From positions 13,547-62,073 of the forward strand of contig JADBLN010000030.1 in assembly GCA_014894455.1 (NCBI GenBank): DNA of 48,527 nt, written 5' to 3'. The position numbers and the translations under genes were made by a program. The notes under the pieces were generated by a model, which was not told where the DNA came from, did no database searches, and was given only the letters and a program-made list of their open reading frames with translations. The DNA is from Acidobacteriota bacterium (GTDB lineage Bacteria; Acidobacteriota; Aminicenantia; Aminicenantales; Saccharicenantaceae). Below, in pieces: positions 36,534-45,489 of this stretch. Each line of letters begins with the position of its first letter. Position 1 is the stretch's first letter.

Positions 36534-37640
36534 TTACTTGAAGATCTCCCGGCGGAGCGAGGCCAGGGCGATGCGCGACTCGATCGGGTTGACGCCGATG
36601 CCCGGCCCGTCCGGGACGCGGATCGTGCCCGGCCCGCTGAGCTCGATGAAGGGGTCGATGACGTCCTCTTTGTAATACCTCCGGCTGGCGCTGAGGTCGT
36701 TCGGGTACTTGAAGTTCGGGAGCGTGGCGATGTGGAGGTTGTGCGCCCGTCCGATGCCGCATTCGAGCATGCCACCGCACCAGACCGGCACGCCGCGCGA
36801 CTCGCAGTAGTCGTGGATCTTGCGCGTCTCGACGACCCCGCCGACCCGGCCGACCTTGATGTTGACGACCCGGCAGCTGCCCATCTCCACGGCCGCCCGG
36901 GTCGTGTCGAACGACAGGATGCTCTCGTCGAGGCAGAGCGGCGTTGTCATCTCCCGCTGGAGCTTGGCGTGGTCCCAGAGGTCGTAGGGGGCGAAGGGCT
37001 GCTCGATCATGAGCAGGTTGTAGGCGTCGAGGGCCTTGAGCGTCTCCATGTCCCCCAGGCCATAGGCGCCGTTGGCGTCGGCCTGGAGCATGATGTCCGG
37101 GTATTTCTCGCGGATGGCGGCGCAGGCCGCGGCGTCCCAGCCCGGTTTGATCTTGATCTTGATCCTCTTGTAGCCCTGGTCGAGGTACTGGCCAACCCGG
37201 GCGACGAGGTCCGGGAGTGAATCCTCGATGCCGCAGCTCACGCCGGCCGCGATCTCGGTCCTGACGCCGCCGTAGAGCTTGTGGAGCGGGAGTCCCGCCT
37301 TTTTCGCCTTGAGGTCCCAGAGGGCCAGTTCGATCCCGGCCTTGGCCATCCGGTTGCCCCGGAAGACGGCGGCTTCGCGGGCGTAGTCCTCCGGCTCGAC
37401 GAGGCCCTTGCGGAAAATGAGCGGCACGAGGAACTCCTTCATGACGTGCCGGGCCGTCTCCGTCGTCTCGCCGCTGTAGAGGGGCGCCTCCTCGGCGACG
37501 CACTCGCCCCAGCCGCAAACGCCGCCCTCGAAGACCTTGACCAGGCTGAAGGTCCGGTCGTAGGACCGGCCGAAGCTCGTCTCAAAGAAGTGGACGTAGG
37601 GAAGCTTGAGCAGGTCAATCTCGATCCGTTCGATGGCCAT
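36534..37640 (-). CDS. menC: o-succinylbenzoate synthase / N-succinylamino acid racemase (enolase superfamily, NSAR/OSBS type)
   Basis: FETSFG, KIKIKP, ADAN, IEQP, LDES, NIKVGRVGG, WCGGMLE. Confidence 0.88.
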   Translation of the reverse strand: MAIERIEIDLLKLPYVHFFETSFGRSYDRTFSLVKVFEGGVCGWGECVAEEAPLYSGETTETARHVMKEFLVPLIFRKGLVEPEDYAREAAVFRGNRMAKAGIELALWDLKAKKAGLPLHKLYGGVRTEIAAGVSCGIEDSLPDLVARVGQYLDQGYKRIKIKIKPGWDAAACAAIREKYPDIMLQADANGAYGLGDMETLKALDAYNLLMIEQPFAPYDLWDHAKLQREMTTPLCLDESILSFDTTRAAVEMGSCRVVNIKVGRVGGVVETRKIHDYCESRGVPVWCGGMLECGIGRAHNLHIATLPNFKYPNDLSASRRYYKEDVIDPFIELSGPGTIRVPDGPGIGVNPIESRIALASLRREIFK

Positions 37641-37734
37641 GGGCTGTCCTCCTCGTTCTCGATTCCCGCCTAACATAATCCAGGACGACCGCCGAATTCA
37701 AGGAAATCCGCGCCAGGCTTTTTTAAGGATCCGC

Positions 37735-37785
37735 TTGACAAGCCCGGAATTCGTGTTATTATACAAACTAGTTTGTTATACAAAC
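37735..37785 (+). promoter_or_regulatory. Promoter TTGACA-N16-(TG)TATTAT with overlapping operator palindromes
   Basis: ACAAACTAGTTTGT (37763-37776) and GTTTGT-TAT-ACAAAC (37771-37785); likely binding site of the downstream wHTH regulator. Confidence 0.7.
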
Positions 37786-37802
37786 CATAAAGGAGAAAAG
37801 AT

Positions 37803-38441
37803 ATGGTCGACATCGAAAAGATCGAGAAACGGACGGTCCAGAGCTTCTACAGCGACGGGCTGGCAGAGATCGCCATCGGCCTCATCTTCCTCTTGCTCGG
37901 GGGCTATTTCTTCGCCCAGGCAGTCGTCCCGGAGGGGTCCGCCCTCGGCTCGGCGCTGAGCGTCCTGTTCGTCCTCGTCATCGTCTCCTCCGGCTTTCTC
38001 GTCAGCCGGATCCTCCGCTTCCTCAAGCGCCGCATCACCTACCCCCGGACGGGCTACGTGGCCTTCAAAAAAAAGGAACTGAGTCCGAAGCGCCGCGTCG
38101 CGACCATGATTATCGGCGGGATCATCGGCGGATCTCTTGCCGCGCTCTACGGACTCTCGCCATCGCTCAAGACGCTCTTCCCCGCCTTGAACGGCATCCT
38201 GTTCGCCATCGCCGTCCTCCTCTTCGCCAACAAGGTCGGACTCATCCGCTTCTACATCCTCGCCGCCGTCTCGGCCGTTATCGGCTTCGCCGTCACCGCG
38301 GCCGGGGTTGGCGATACTAAAGGGATCAGCCTCTACTGGGGCCTCTTCGGCGCCGCCGTGATCATCTCCGGTCTGGCGTCTCTCGCCATTTACCTCCGGA
38401 AGTCGGCGCGCGCCGACCGGGAGAATCCCGATGCCGTCTGA
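37803..38441 (+). CDS. Hypothetical membrane protein (about 6 TM)
   Basis: DGLAEIAIG...KRRITYPRTGYV; hydrophobic helices; AAGGAG RBS. Confidence 0.85.
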   Translation: MVDIEKIEKRTVQSFYSDGLAEIAIGLIFLLLGGYFFAQAVVPEGSALGSALSVLFVLVIVSSGFLVSRILRFLKRRITYPRTGYVAFKKKELSPKRRVATMIIGGIIGGSLAALYGLSPSLKTLFPALNGILFAIAVLLFANKVGLIRFYILAAVSAVIGFAVTAAGVGDTKGISLYWGLFGAAVIISGLASLAIYLRKSARADRENPDAV

Positions 38442-38739
38442 CCTGCGCGGCCTGGCCGATATCGACCGTCTCATCCACGAGCCGGCCCGGCTGGCCCTGG
38501 CGGCCATCCTTTCGGTCGTCGAAAGCGCCGACTTCCTCTACCTCCAGCGCGAGACCGGCCTGACCAAGGGCAATCTCTCGTCCCACCTGGCCAAACTCGA
38601 GGAGGCCGGCTACATCGCCATCGAAAAGACCTACCGCGGACGCATTCCCCTGACCCTCGTCCGGCTGACCGACGCGGGCGCCGCGGCCTACCGCGCCTAC
38701 CGGGCCCGCTTCAAGAAATTTTTGGAGAAAACCGGCTGA
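38431..38739 (+). CDS. Winged-helix transcriptional regulator (HTH_34 type)
   Basis: IDRLIHEPARLAL...DFLYL...LTKGNLSSHLAKLEEAGYI. Confidence 0.9.
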   Translation: MPSDLRGLADIDRLIHEPARLALAAILSVVESADFLYLQRETGLTKGNLSSHLAKLEEAGYIAIEKTYRGRIPLTLVRLTDAGAAAYRAYRARFKKFLEKTG

Positions 38740-38758
38740 TCTTGGATTGAAGGAGCTG

Positions 38759-39871
38759 TCAGCCGAGCTTGATTCCTTTCCGGTGGGCCCGCCGTTCGTA
38801 GATGCCGATGATGCGGCGGGCCATGGCTTCGGCGGAATATTTCTCGAGAACCGATTCCCGGCCGCGAGCGGCCAGGCGGCCGGCCAGGACCTTGTCCACG
38901 CAGATCTTGAGGATGGCGTCGGCCAGGGCTTTGGCGTTCCGGGCCGGGACGAGGAGGCCGGTCTCGCGATGGGTGATGATGTCCCGGGCCGCCCCGACGT
39001 CCGCGGCGGCGACGGGCAGGCCGCTGGCCATGGCCTCGATGAGGAAGCCGCCGAGCCCGTCGAGATGGGAGAAGATCACAAACATATTCAGAGATGCCAG
39101 GATCCGCGGCGCTTCGTTCCGCCGGCCCAGGAAATAAAGGACGTTGTCCATGGGGCGCCCGACGGCGGGGTCGCCGGATTCGAGGCGCAGGCTTCCCTCG
39201 CCGAGGACGACGATCTTGACCTTCGGGGCCGCCTGGCCGACGATCGCGGCCGCGTCGAGAAGCGCCTGGTGACCCCGCTCGTCCTCGAGCGGGATGACGA
39301 CGCCGGCCAGGAAGTCCTCCGGGTCCAAGCCGAGCTCCCTGCGGACGGAATCGTCCGGGCCGTGGGCGGTGAACGGCGAAAAGTCCAGCCCCGGCGGGAC
39401 GACCTCGACGTTCGCCTCGGCGACGCCGCCGCGGACGAGGATCAAACGGACCCCTTCGGAGCCGGCGACGACGGCGTCGACCGACGCGAGAGGCAGCCGC
39501 CCTTCAAGCGGCGAAGAGTCGGCGGGCCGGGAGAGGATGCGGACGGGGACCTGGGCCGAGACCGCCGCGGGAAGCCCGAGCGCGGCGCCCAGGGTCTCAT
39601 GGAAATGGGCCAGTCGGCAGCCGTGGGCCCGCATGGCCCGGATCAAGCCCTGGCGGACGACCCATTTCATCCGGCCGCGCATGCGCAGGGGGAGCGTCGA
39701 TAACCCCTCCTCGGCTGCTTTCTGGTGAAGAGCGCCGCCTGGCTCGAGGACGAGGTGGGCCGCCCAACCTTTCTCACGGAGTTCGCGGGCTATGCAGAGG
39801 ACCTGCCGTTGGCTCTCGCGCCATTCGCGGCCGGCGTCGACGAGGAAGAGGCTCACCGCGCCTCCCGCCAC
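38759..39871 (-). CDS. Glycosyltransferase family 4 (possibly degenerate)
   Basis: GT-B fold motifs: FLGRR, DGLGGFLIEAMASGLPVAAADVGA, ETGLLVP; GTG start. Confidence 0.85.
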   Translation of the reverse strand: MAGGAVSLFLVDAGREWRESQRQVLCIARELREKGWAAHLVLEPGGALHQKAAEEGLSTLPLRMRGRMKWVVRQGLIRAMRAHGCRLAHFHETLGAALGLPAAVSAQVPVRILSRPADSSPLEGRLPLASVDAVVAGSEGVRLILVRGGVAEANVEVVPPGLDFSPFTAHGPDDSVRRELGLDPEDFLAGVVIPLEDERGHQALLDAAAIVGQAAPKVKIVVLGEGSLRLESGDPAVGRPMDNVLYFLGRRNEAPRILASLNMFVIFSHLDGLGGFLIEAMASGLPVAAADVGAARDIITHRETGLLVPARNAKALADAILKICVDKVLAGRLAARGRESVLEKYSAEAMARRIIGIYERRAHRKGIKLG

Positions 39872-39930
39872 AGGGGTGGGACAACCGCCGGGATATTCAC
39901 ACGGTCATCTTAGCACAGCGAAAATAAATA

Positions 39931-41472
39931 TTAAAAGGTGATGTTGCGGGTCTCGAGGGTCGAGCCGGTCACCTTGGCGATGTTGGCCACGGCCACGTTG
40001 TAATCGACGAGGGCCCGGAGCTCCATCGACCGGGCGCTGGCCAAAGCGTCCTGGTAGGTGAGGACGAAATAATTCGTCGACATCCCCACGGCAAGCTTTT
40101 TCATCTCGGCTTCAAGCTGCCTTGCGGCCAGCTCGCGGGCGATGCGGTAGGCGTCGACGCTCTTGGCCGCGGTTTCGAGGGTCAGGACGGCGTCGCTGAC
40201 CTCGAGGTAGATCTGCTGCTCCTGGTTCTTGAGGCGGGCCTGGGTCTGCTCGAGGTCGAGCCTGGCATAGGTGTAGTTGGCGCGTCCGACGATGTCTCCG
40301 AAGGGGATGGTCAGGGTCAGCCCGGCCGTCCAGTTGTTGTACAGGAACCTGAACGTATCCTTGAACGCCTGCGTGGCGCTGCCCGGGTCGCCTACTGTCG
40401 GCGGCAGGAACGGGTTGGCCGGGTCGTAGATGTATTGCTGGCCGGAGATGCCGGGGCTGGCTTTGACGAGCTGGAGGTCGAGCTGGGGCAGGAGCTGGTT
40501 CTTGGCATAGCGGAAATTGATCCTCTTGGTTTCGATCGTCGATTTCGCCACCTCGAGGTCCGGGCGCCTGGCCATCGCCTTTTCGAAGGCCTCGTCGAGG
40601 GTGATGGCGAACGGTTTGAAGCTGGGCGTGTCGGCGGGACGGAGGTTCTGGCCCTTGGCCGAGGGATCCCCGCCCTGATTGAGGAGGGTCTTCAATTGGT
40701 CCTGGCTGCGCTTGACCACGGCTTCGGCCTGGAGGATATCGGCCTCCCGCCGGGCCACGGTGGCTTCGGCGTTGAGGACCTCGATCGGCGCCTTCGTCCC
40801 GACCTCGACCTCTTTTTTGGTTTTGGCCAGGAGGTCCCGCCCGCTCTGAAGGGCCTGCTGCAGGGTCTTCAGGTTCTCGACGGAATAGACGAGGTTCCAG
40901 TAGGCCGTTTCGACGGAGTAGACCAAGTTGATGAGGACGGTCTTGAACTGATTCCGGGAAACATCGAGGCTGTTCAGGGCCACGATGATCTCCCTCCGGC
41001 TGATCGACCAGCCGAAGTTCCGGAGCAGGGGTTGCGTCAGGGCAAAATTCAGGCGGCTCGTGAAGGACGGATTGTAGCTCTGGAAGAGTTGGTTGTTCTT
41101 CTGATAATCGTAGCTCAAAGAGGCGGTAAAATTTCCCCCGAACGGCATCTGCTGGGCGATGGAGGCGGTCGAGCCCGTGGTCTTTGTGATGTACTTACCC
41201 GAGCCCTGGAGCGACCAGGTCGAGAGCTGTTCCATCCGGTTCCCGGTCAAGTCGACCTGGAACGTCGGCATGAAAAATTGCCGGGCCCGCGAAACCGAGG
41301 CCGAGGCCAGCTCGGGGGTGAGGACCTCGACGGCCACGTTGAGGTTGTTCCTCAGGGCCTGGACGATTGAATCCTCGAGGGTGAGGGAAACGTCTTTCTT
41401 CTCCTGGCCGAGGGCGAAGCCGCTGAGAAGGGCCAGGACGAGGAACACGGCCGAGATTCTTTCTTTAATCAT
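39931..41472 (-). CDS. TolC family outer membrane efflux protein
   Basis: Signal peptide; LTLEDSIVQALRNNL, LTQPLLRNFG, VETAYWNL, NQLLPQLDL, GMSTNYFVL. Confidence 0.92.
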   Translation of the reverse strand: MIKERISAVFLVLALLSGFALGQEKKDVSLTLEDSIVQALRNNLNVAVEVLTPELASASVSRARQFFMPTFQVDLTGNRMEQLSTWSLQGSGKYITKTTGSTASIAQQMPFGGNFTASLSYDYQKNNQLFQSYNPSFTSRLNFALTQPLLRNFGWSISRREIIVALNSLDVSRNQFKTVLINLVYSVETAYWNLVYSVENLKTLQQALQSGRDLLAKTKKEVEVGTKAPIEVLNAEATVARREADILQAEAVVKRSQDQLKTLLNQGGDPSAKGQNLRPADTPSFKPFAITLDEAFEKAMARRPDLEVAKSTIETKRINFRYAKNQLLPQLDLQLVKASPGISGQQYIYDPANPFLPPTVGDPGSATQAFKDTFRFLYNNWTAGLTLTIPFGDIVGRANYTYARLDLEQTQARLKNQEQQIYLEVSDAVLTLETAAKSVDAYRIARELAARQLEAEMKKLAVGMSTNYFVLTYQDALASARSMELRALVDYNVAVANIAKVTGSTLETRNITF

Positions 41473-41628
41473 TGCCATCCTCCGATGAAGCACATGAAGC
41501 CATCTTATTATAATACGATTTCGCCGGACTTTCGTTCACGCCGGCCACTGGCTCCCGGGAGTCCTCCTTTTCTCTAACCGGTTATCAACCCATTCGACTC
41601 CCCGGCCTGAAGCCCGGGGCCGGGCTTC

Positions 41629-41727
41629 CCACCGGCTTTGCAGTGCCGGTGCTGGCAACCGGCAGCACTGCCACCGGCTTGGCAGTGCCGGTGCTGGAGA
41701 CCGGCAAGGGCGGTGGCAAGGCCGGGG
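41629..41727 (+). repeat. 99-bp structured repeat, copy 2
   Basis: Identical to 18181-18279; here intergenic. Confidence 0.92.
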
Positions 41728-41902
41728 TATATACTCAGGGTTAATACTGAGCACCACCCACCCCGTTTTAAAAAATCGGTGTGGGTGGTGTCGAACGTAT
41801 CAAGGATACAGGAAACCCGGATATTTGTAAAAACCAGGCATAACAAATTTCGATTTGGCACCGTATTTACGTTATGATAGGCCGATAAGTGGAGGCTTGC
41901 CC

Positions 41903-43384
41903 ATGAAAGTCCGTAAACTCGCACCCATCCTGGCCGCGGTCATTCTGACCGTCCTCTCGCTTACCGCGCAAACCCAGGATTCCCAGAGCATGAAGCTCCT
42001 CAAGCTGAAAAGCGCCCAGCTCTCTCTCGAGCTGAAAAAGGCGGATTTCGACCGTTATCTCAAGCTCAAGGAGGACGGCCTGACCTCGGAGGCCGACTTC
42101 GCCCAGAGGCAGACGTCCTATCTCCAGACCCAGGTCGACTATCAGCAGGCCCTGATCAGCTTCATGGGCAGCGAGGCCCGCATCTCGGTCGCCAGCGCCG
42201 TCAAGTTCCAGGACGGAAGCGGCAAGAAATTCGTCCGGGTGGCCTTGCGCTACGCGTCCAAGGAACTCAAGGAGCTGGCCAACCTCAAGATCAGCGCCGA
42301 GGACCTCTTCCCGCTCGACTTCATGAAAGAGATCAAGGACGTCTACGTCTCCCTCCTGACGGAGGGCAAGATCATCTCCGACCCCTACGAGAAGTCTATC
42401 GCCTCGATGCCCATCGAGACCGAGCGCGAGGTGACCTTCCAGCTCCTCAAGGACGTCGAGAGCCTGGACGTCAACGTCTCCTATTCGGGGAAGACGGAGA
42501 AGACGTCCGTTTATCTCCAAAAGGGCGTCAGTGCCAACATCGTCACCGTCAACTCCGCCCAGTTCTCGCAGGAAGCCGACCTCGAGAGCACGGCGACCTA
42601 CGATCTGTCGCTCGAGAAATTCAGCGGCGAGGCCAACATCTTCAAGCTCGAGGCCGTCGCCCTGCCGCAACAGATCACCTACGAATTCAGCGACCCGACG
42701 ACGAGCGCCCGTCTCTCCCAGATCAAATTCAGCGAGGGCATCACCAGCCTGAAGCTCCAGCTCAAGCTCTACCTCCCCAAGAACCCGGACGACCGCGTCG
42801 TTCTCGACAAGCCCCTCGAGTTCTTCGTCCTGGCCCTCGACAACGACCAGACGCTGAAACTCCGCGCCCTCGAGACGGCCGGCGCCGGGATCGGCCCCAA
42901 GGAGATCGAAAGCCTGAAGGCCGGGTCGGCCAAGCTCGAGCTCATCCCTCGGGGCGTGCCCAAGGTTGAAGTCCAGGCCGTCAACCTCTACCACGAGATC
43001 AAGGCGGGCGACAACATCAGCATGGAGGTGACCATCCGCAACACGGGGACCCGCAAGCTCAACAACGTCCGCGTCTACTGCGACCTGCCGCTCAACTGGC
43101 GCGTCGAGATCAAGCCGGACCTCCTGCCAACCCTGGAGCAGAACAAGGACGAGGTCGTCAGCATCAAGTTCCAGCCCCCGGCCGGCGTTTCCGTCGGCGA
43201 TTACGAGCCGAAGATCCGGACCGACGCCGTCGCCGACAACCGGCGCGTCGAGTCAGAGGACAAGATCGTCCGCATCCACATCACCTCGAAGGCCAACGTC
43301 CTCGGCATCGGGGCCCTGGTCCTGCTCCTCGTCGGGCTCCTCGTCGGCATTGTCGTCTTCGGCATCAAGCTGACGCGGCGGTAA
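41903..43384 (+). CDS. NEW3 (NPCBM-associated) domain membrane-anchored protein
   Basis: Signal peptide, coiled-coil N-terminus, Ig-like VTIRNTGTRKLNNV..LPLNW..GDY, C-terminal TM helix ending KLTRR. Confidence 0.82.
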   Translation: MKVRKLAPILAAVILTVLSLTAQTQDSQSMKLLKLKSAQLSLELKKADFDRYLKLKEDGLTSEADFAQRQTSYLQTQVDYQQALISFMGSEARISVASAVKFQDGSGKKFVRVALRYASKELKELANLKISAEDLFPLDFMKEIKDVYVSLLTEGKIISDPYEKSIASMPIETEREVTFQLLKDVESLDVNVSYSGKTEKTSVYLQKGVSANIVTVNSAQFSQEADLESTATYDLSLEKFSGEANIFKLEAVALPQQITYEFSDPTTSARLSQIKFSEGITSLKLQLKLYLPKNPDDRVVLDKPLEFFVLALDNDQTLKLRALETAGAGIGPKEIESLKAGSAKLELIPRGVPKVEVQAVNLYHEIKAGDNISMEVTIRNTGTRKLNNVRVYCDLPLNWRVEIKPDLLPTLEQNKDEVVSIKFQPPAGVSVGDYEPKIRTDAVADNRRVESEDKIVRIHITSKANVLGIGALVLLLVGLLVGIVVFGIKLTRR

Positions 43385-43419
43385 CGAAAAAGGGGGACAA
43401 CCCCCTTACGGAGGAGAAG

Positions 43420-44163
43420 ATGACCGATACCAAGCCCATCTTGAAGGCCGATGACCTGTCCAAGCGTTACGAGGACGGCGTCCTTGCAGTAGATCACCTG
43501 AATCTGAATATTTACCCCGGCGAGGTCTACTGCTTGCTCGGCGCCAACGGCGCCGGCAAGACGACGACGATCAACCTCTTCCTGAACTTCATCCCGCCGA
43601 CGACCGGGACCTGCTTCATCAACGGGATCGACGTCACCAAGGACCCGCTCGAGGCCAAGAAATACATCGCCTTCGTCTCCGAGAACGTCATGCTTTACGG
43701 CAACTTCACGGCCCGTCAGAACCTCGACTTCTTCGCCAAGCTCGGCGGCAAGACCGACCTCGCCAAGAACGACTACTACCAGGTCATGCGCCGGGTCTCG
43801 CTCCAGGAGAAGGCCTTCGACCAGCGGGTCAAGAACTTCTCCAAGGGCATGAGGCAGAAGTTGGGCATCGCCATCGCCGTCATCAAGGACGCGCCGGGGA
43901 TCCTCCTCGACGAGCCGACCTCGGGCCTCGACCCCAAGGCGGCGACCGAGTTCCTCGAGATCATGGCCGAGTTGAAGAAAGAGGGCAAGGCCATCCTGAT
44001 GTCCACGCACGACATCTTCCGGGCCAAGGAGATCGGCGACCGCGTCGGGATCATGAGGGAAGGCCGGCTGGTCATGGAGCGGACCCGCGAAGAGCTCCAG
44101 CACGAGGACCTGAACAAGATCTACATCGACTACATGAAGTCCGCGGAGGCGCCGGCGGCATAA
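43420..44163 (+). CDS. ABC transporter ATP-binding protein
   Basis: Walker A GANGAGKT, signature FSKGMRQ, Walker B LLDEPTSGLD, H-loop STH. Confidence 0.96.
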   Translation: MTDTKPILKADDLSKRYEDGVLAVDHLNLNIYPGEVYCLLGANGAGKTTTINLFLNFIPPTTGTCFINGIDVTKDPLEAKKYIAFVSENVMLYGNFTARQNLDFFAKLGGKTDLAKNDYYQVMRRVSLQEKAFDQRVKNFSKGMRQKLGIAIAVIKDAPGILLDEPTSGLDPKAATEFLEIMAELKKEGKAILMSTHDIFRAKEIGDRVGIMREGRLVMERTREELQHEDLNKIYIDYMKSAEAPAA

Positions 44164-44183
44164 CGCCGGACCGGGTGGAGCGA

Positions 44184-44212
44184 AATTCGGAAATGAGTAT
44201 TGTGTCCCCCGA
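44184..44212. repeat. Single arm of the 895-984 REP-like element
   Basis: aattcggaaatgagtattgtgtcccccga versus aattcggaaattggtattgtgtccccga. Confidence 0.8.
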
Positions 44213-44226
44213 TTAGGAGCACTGCC

Positions 44227-45471
44227 ATGACCTGGACGATCGTCCGCAAAGAGATCCTGGCGAACCTCCTCAGCTACAAGTTCTACGTCGTCATCCTGCT
44301 CGCGGCCGTCCTTGTCGCCACGAGCTTTTTCATCATGACCAGGGACTATAAGGAGCGGCTGGCGGACTACAGCCTCATCCGGCCCAAGCCCGGCGAGCCC
44401 ATCGCCGTCAATCCGCCGAACCCGCTTTCGATCTTCGCCAAGGGTCTCGACGAGGCCATGGCCCGGTCCTTCGAGGTCGGCCCGACCGGGATCTCCGTCC
44501 GCGCCGGACAGAAATCGGGGAACACCGTCTTCGCTTTCTTCCCGACACCCGATTTCCTCTACATCGTCCGGGTCGTCCTCTCGCTCGTCGCCCTGCTCTT
44601 CGGGTTCGACCAGGTCAGCCGCGAGAAAGAGGCCGGCACTCTCCGCCAGATGCTGGCCAACCAGACCTCCCGCTCCACGATCCTGATCGGCAAATGGGCC
44701 GGCAATTTCCTCAGCCTGGCCGTCCCGTTCCTGCTGGTGACGACGCTCGGCATCGCCGTCCTGGGGCTCGATCCGGACATCCGTTTCTCCTCGGATCAGG
44801 TGCTCAGGCTGGGCCTCATCCTCGCCCTGACGCTCGTCTACATCGCCTTTTTCCTGAGCCTTGGGATCCTTATTTCGACGCTGACCCGGCGGGCGTCGAG
44901 CTCGATCGTCATCCTTCTGTTCATCTGGGCCCTCCTCGTCTTCATCCTGCCCAACCTGGGCACGCTCGTCGCCCGGCAGGTCGTCGACGTCCCTTCGGTC
45001 CGGGCTTTGAGCGAGAAGCGCGAGCAGGTCTGGACGCGGGAGATCCTCCTTCGCATCAAGGGCCAAGGGGACATGCCCTCGCACATCAGGTCGATCAGCG
45101 CCGAAAACGACGCCCTCGAGGCGGATTACAGGGTCAAGTTCGACCGCCTGGTCAACCTTTCGAAGAACATCAACCGTATCTCGCCGGTGGCCAGCTTCGT
45201 CTATGCCGTGACCGAAATTGCCGGCACGGGGATCGGCGAGGAAGGCGCTTTCAAAGGCGAGGTCGTCCGGTATAAAAACGCCGTGCTCGGGAAGAGGCTC
45301 GCCTCCCCGGATCTGAAGAGCTCGGAGTATCCGGCGTTCCTCTACCGTTACCGGCCGCTCGGCCGCGTCCTGGTCAGGGGAGCGCTTTTCGACACGGCCT
45401 GGCTCGCCGCTTTCGGCATCCTCTTTTTCGCCCTGAGCTATCTCGCCTTTGTGAGATACGACGTCCGCTGA
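44227..45471 (+). CDS. ABC-2 type transporter permease
   Basis: TIVRKEILANL, DFLYIVRVVLSL, VSREKEAGTL, ends FVRYDVR. Confidence 0.92.
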   Translation: MTWTIVRKEILANLLSYKFYVVILLAAVLVATSFFIMTRDYKERLADYSLIRPKPGEPIAVNPPNPLSIFAKGLDEAMARSFEVGPTGISVRAGQKSGNTVFAFFPTPDFLYIVRVVLSLVALLFGFDQVSREKEAGTLRQMLANQTSRSTILIGKWAGNFLSLAVPFLLVTTLGIAVLGLDPDIRFSSDQVLRLGLILALTLVYIAFFLSLGILISTLTRRASSSIVILLFIWALLVFILPNLGTLVARQVVDVPSVRALSEKREQVWTREILLRIKGQGDMPSHIRSISAENDALEADYRVKFDRLVNLSKNINRISPVASFVYAVTEIAGTGIGEEGAFKGEVVRYKNAVLGKRLASPDLKSSEYPAFLYRYRPLGRVLVRGALFDTAWLAAFGILFFALSYLAFVRYDVR

Positions 45472-45489
45472 GAAGGGGTTGGAGGAGCC

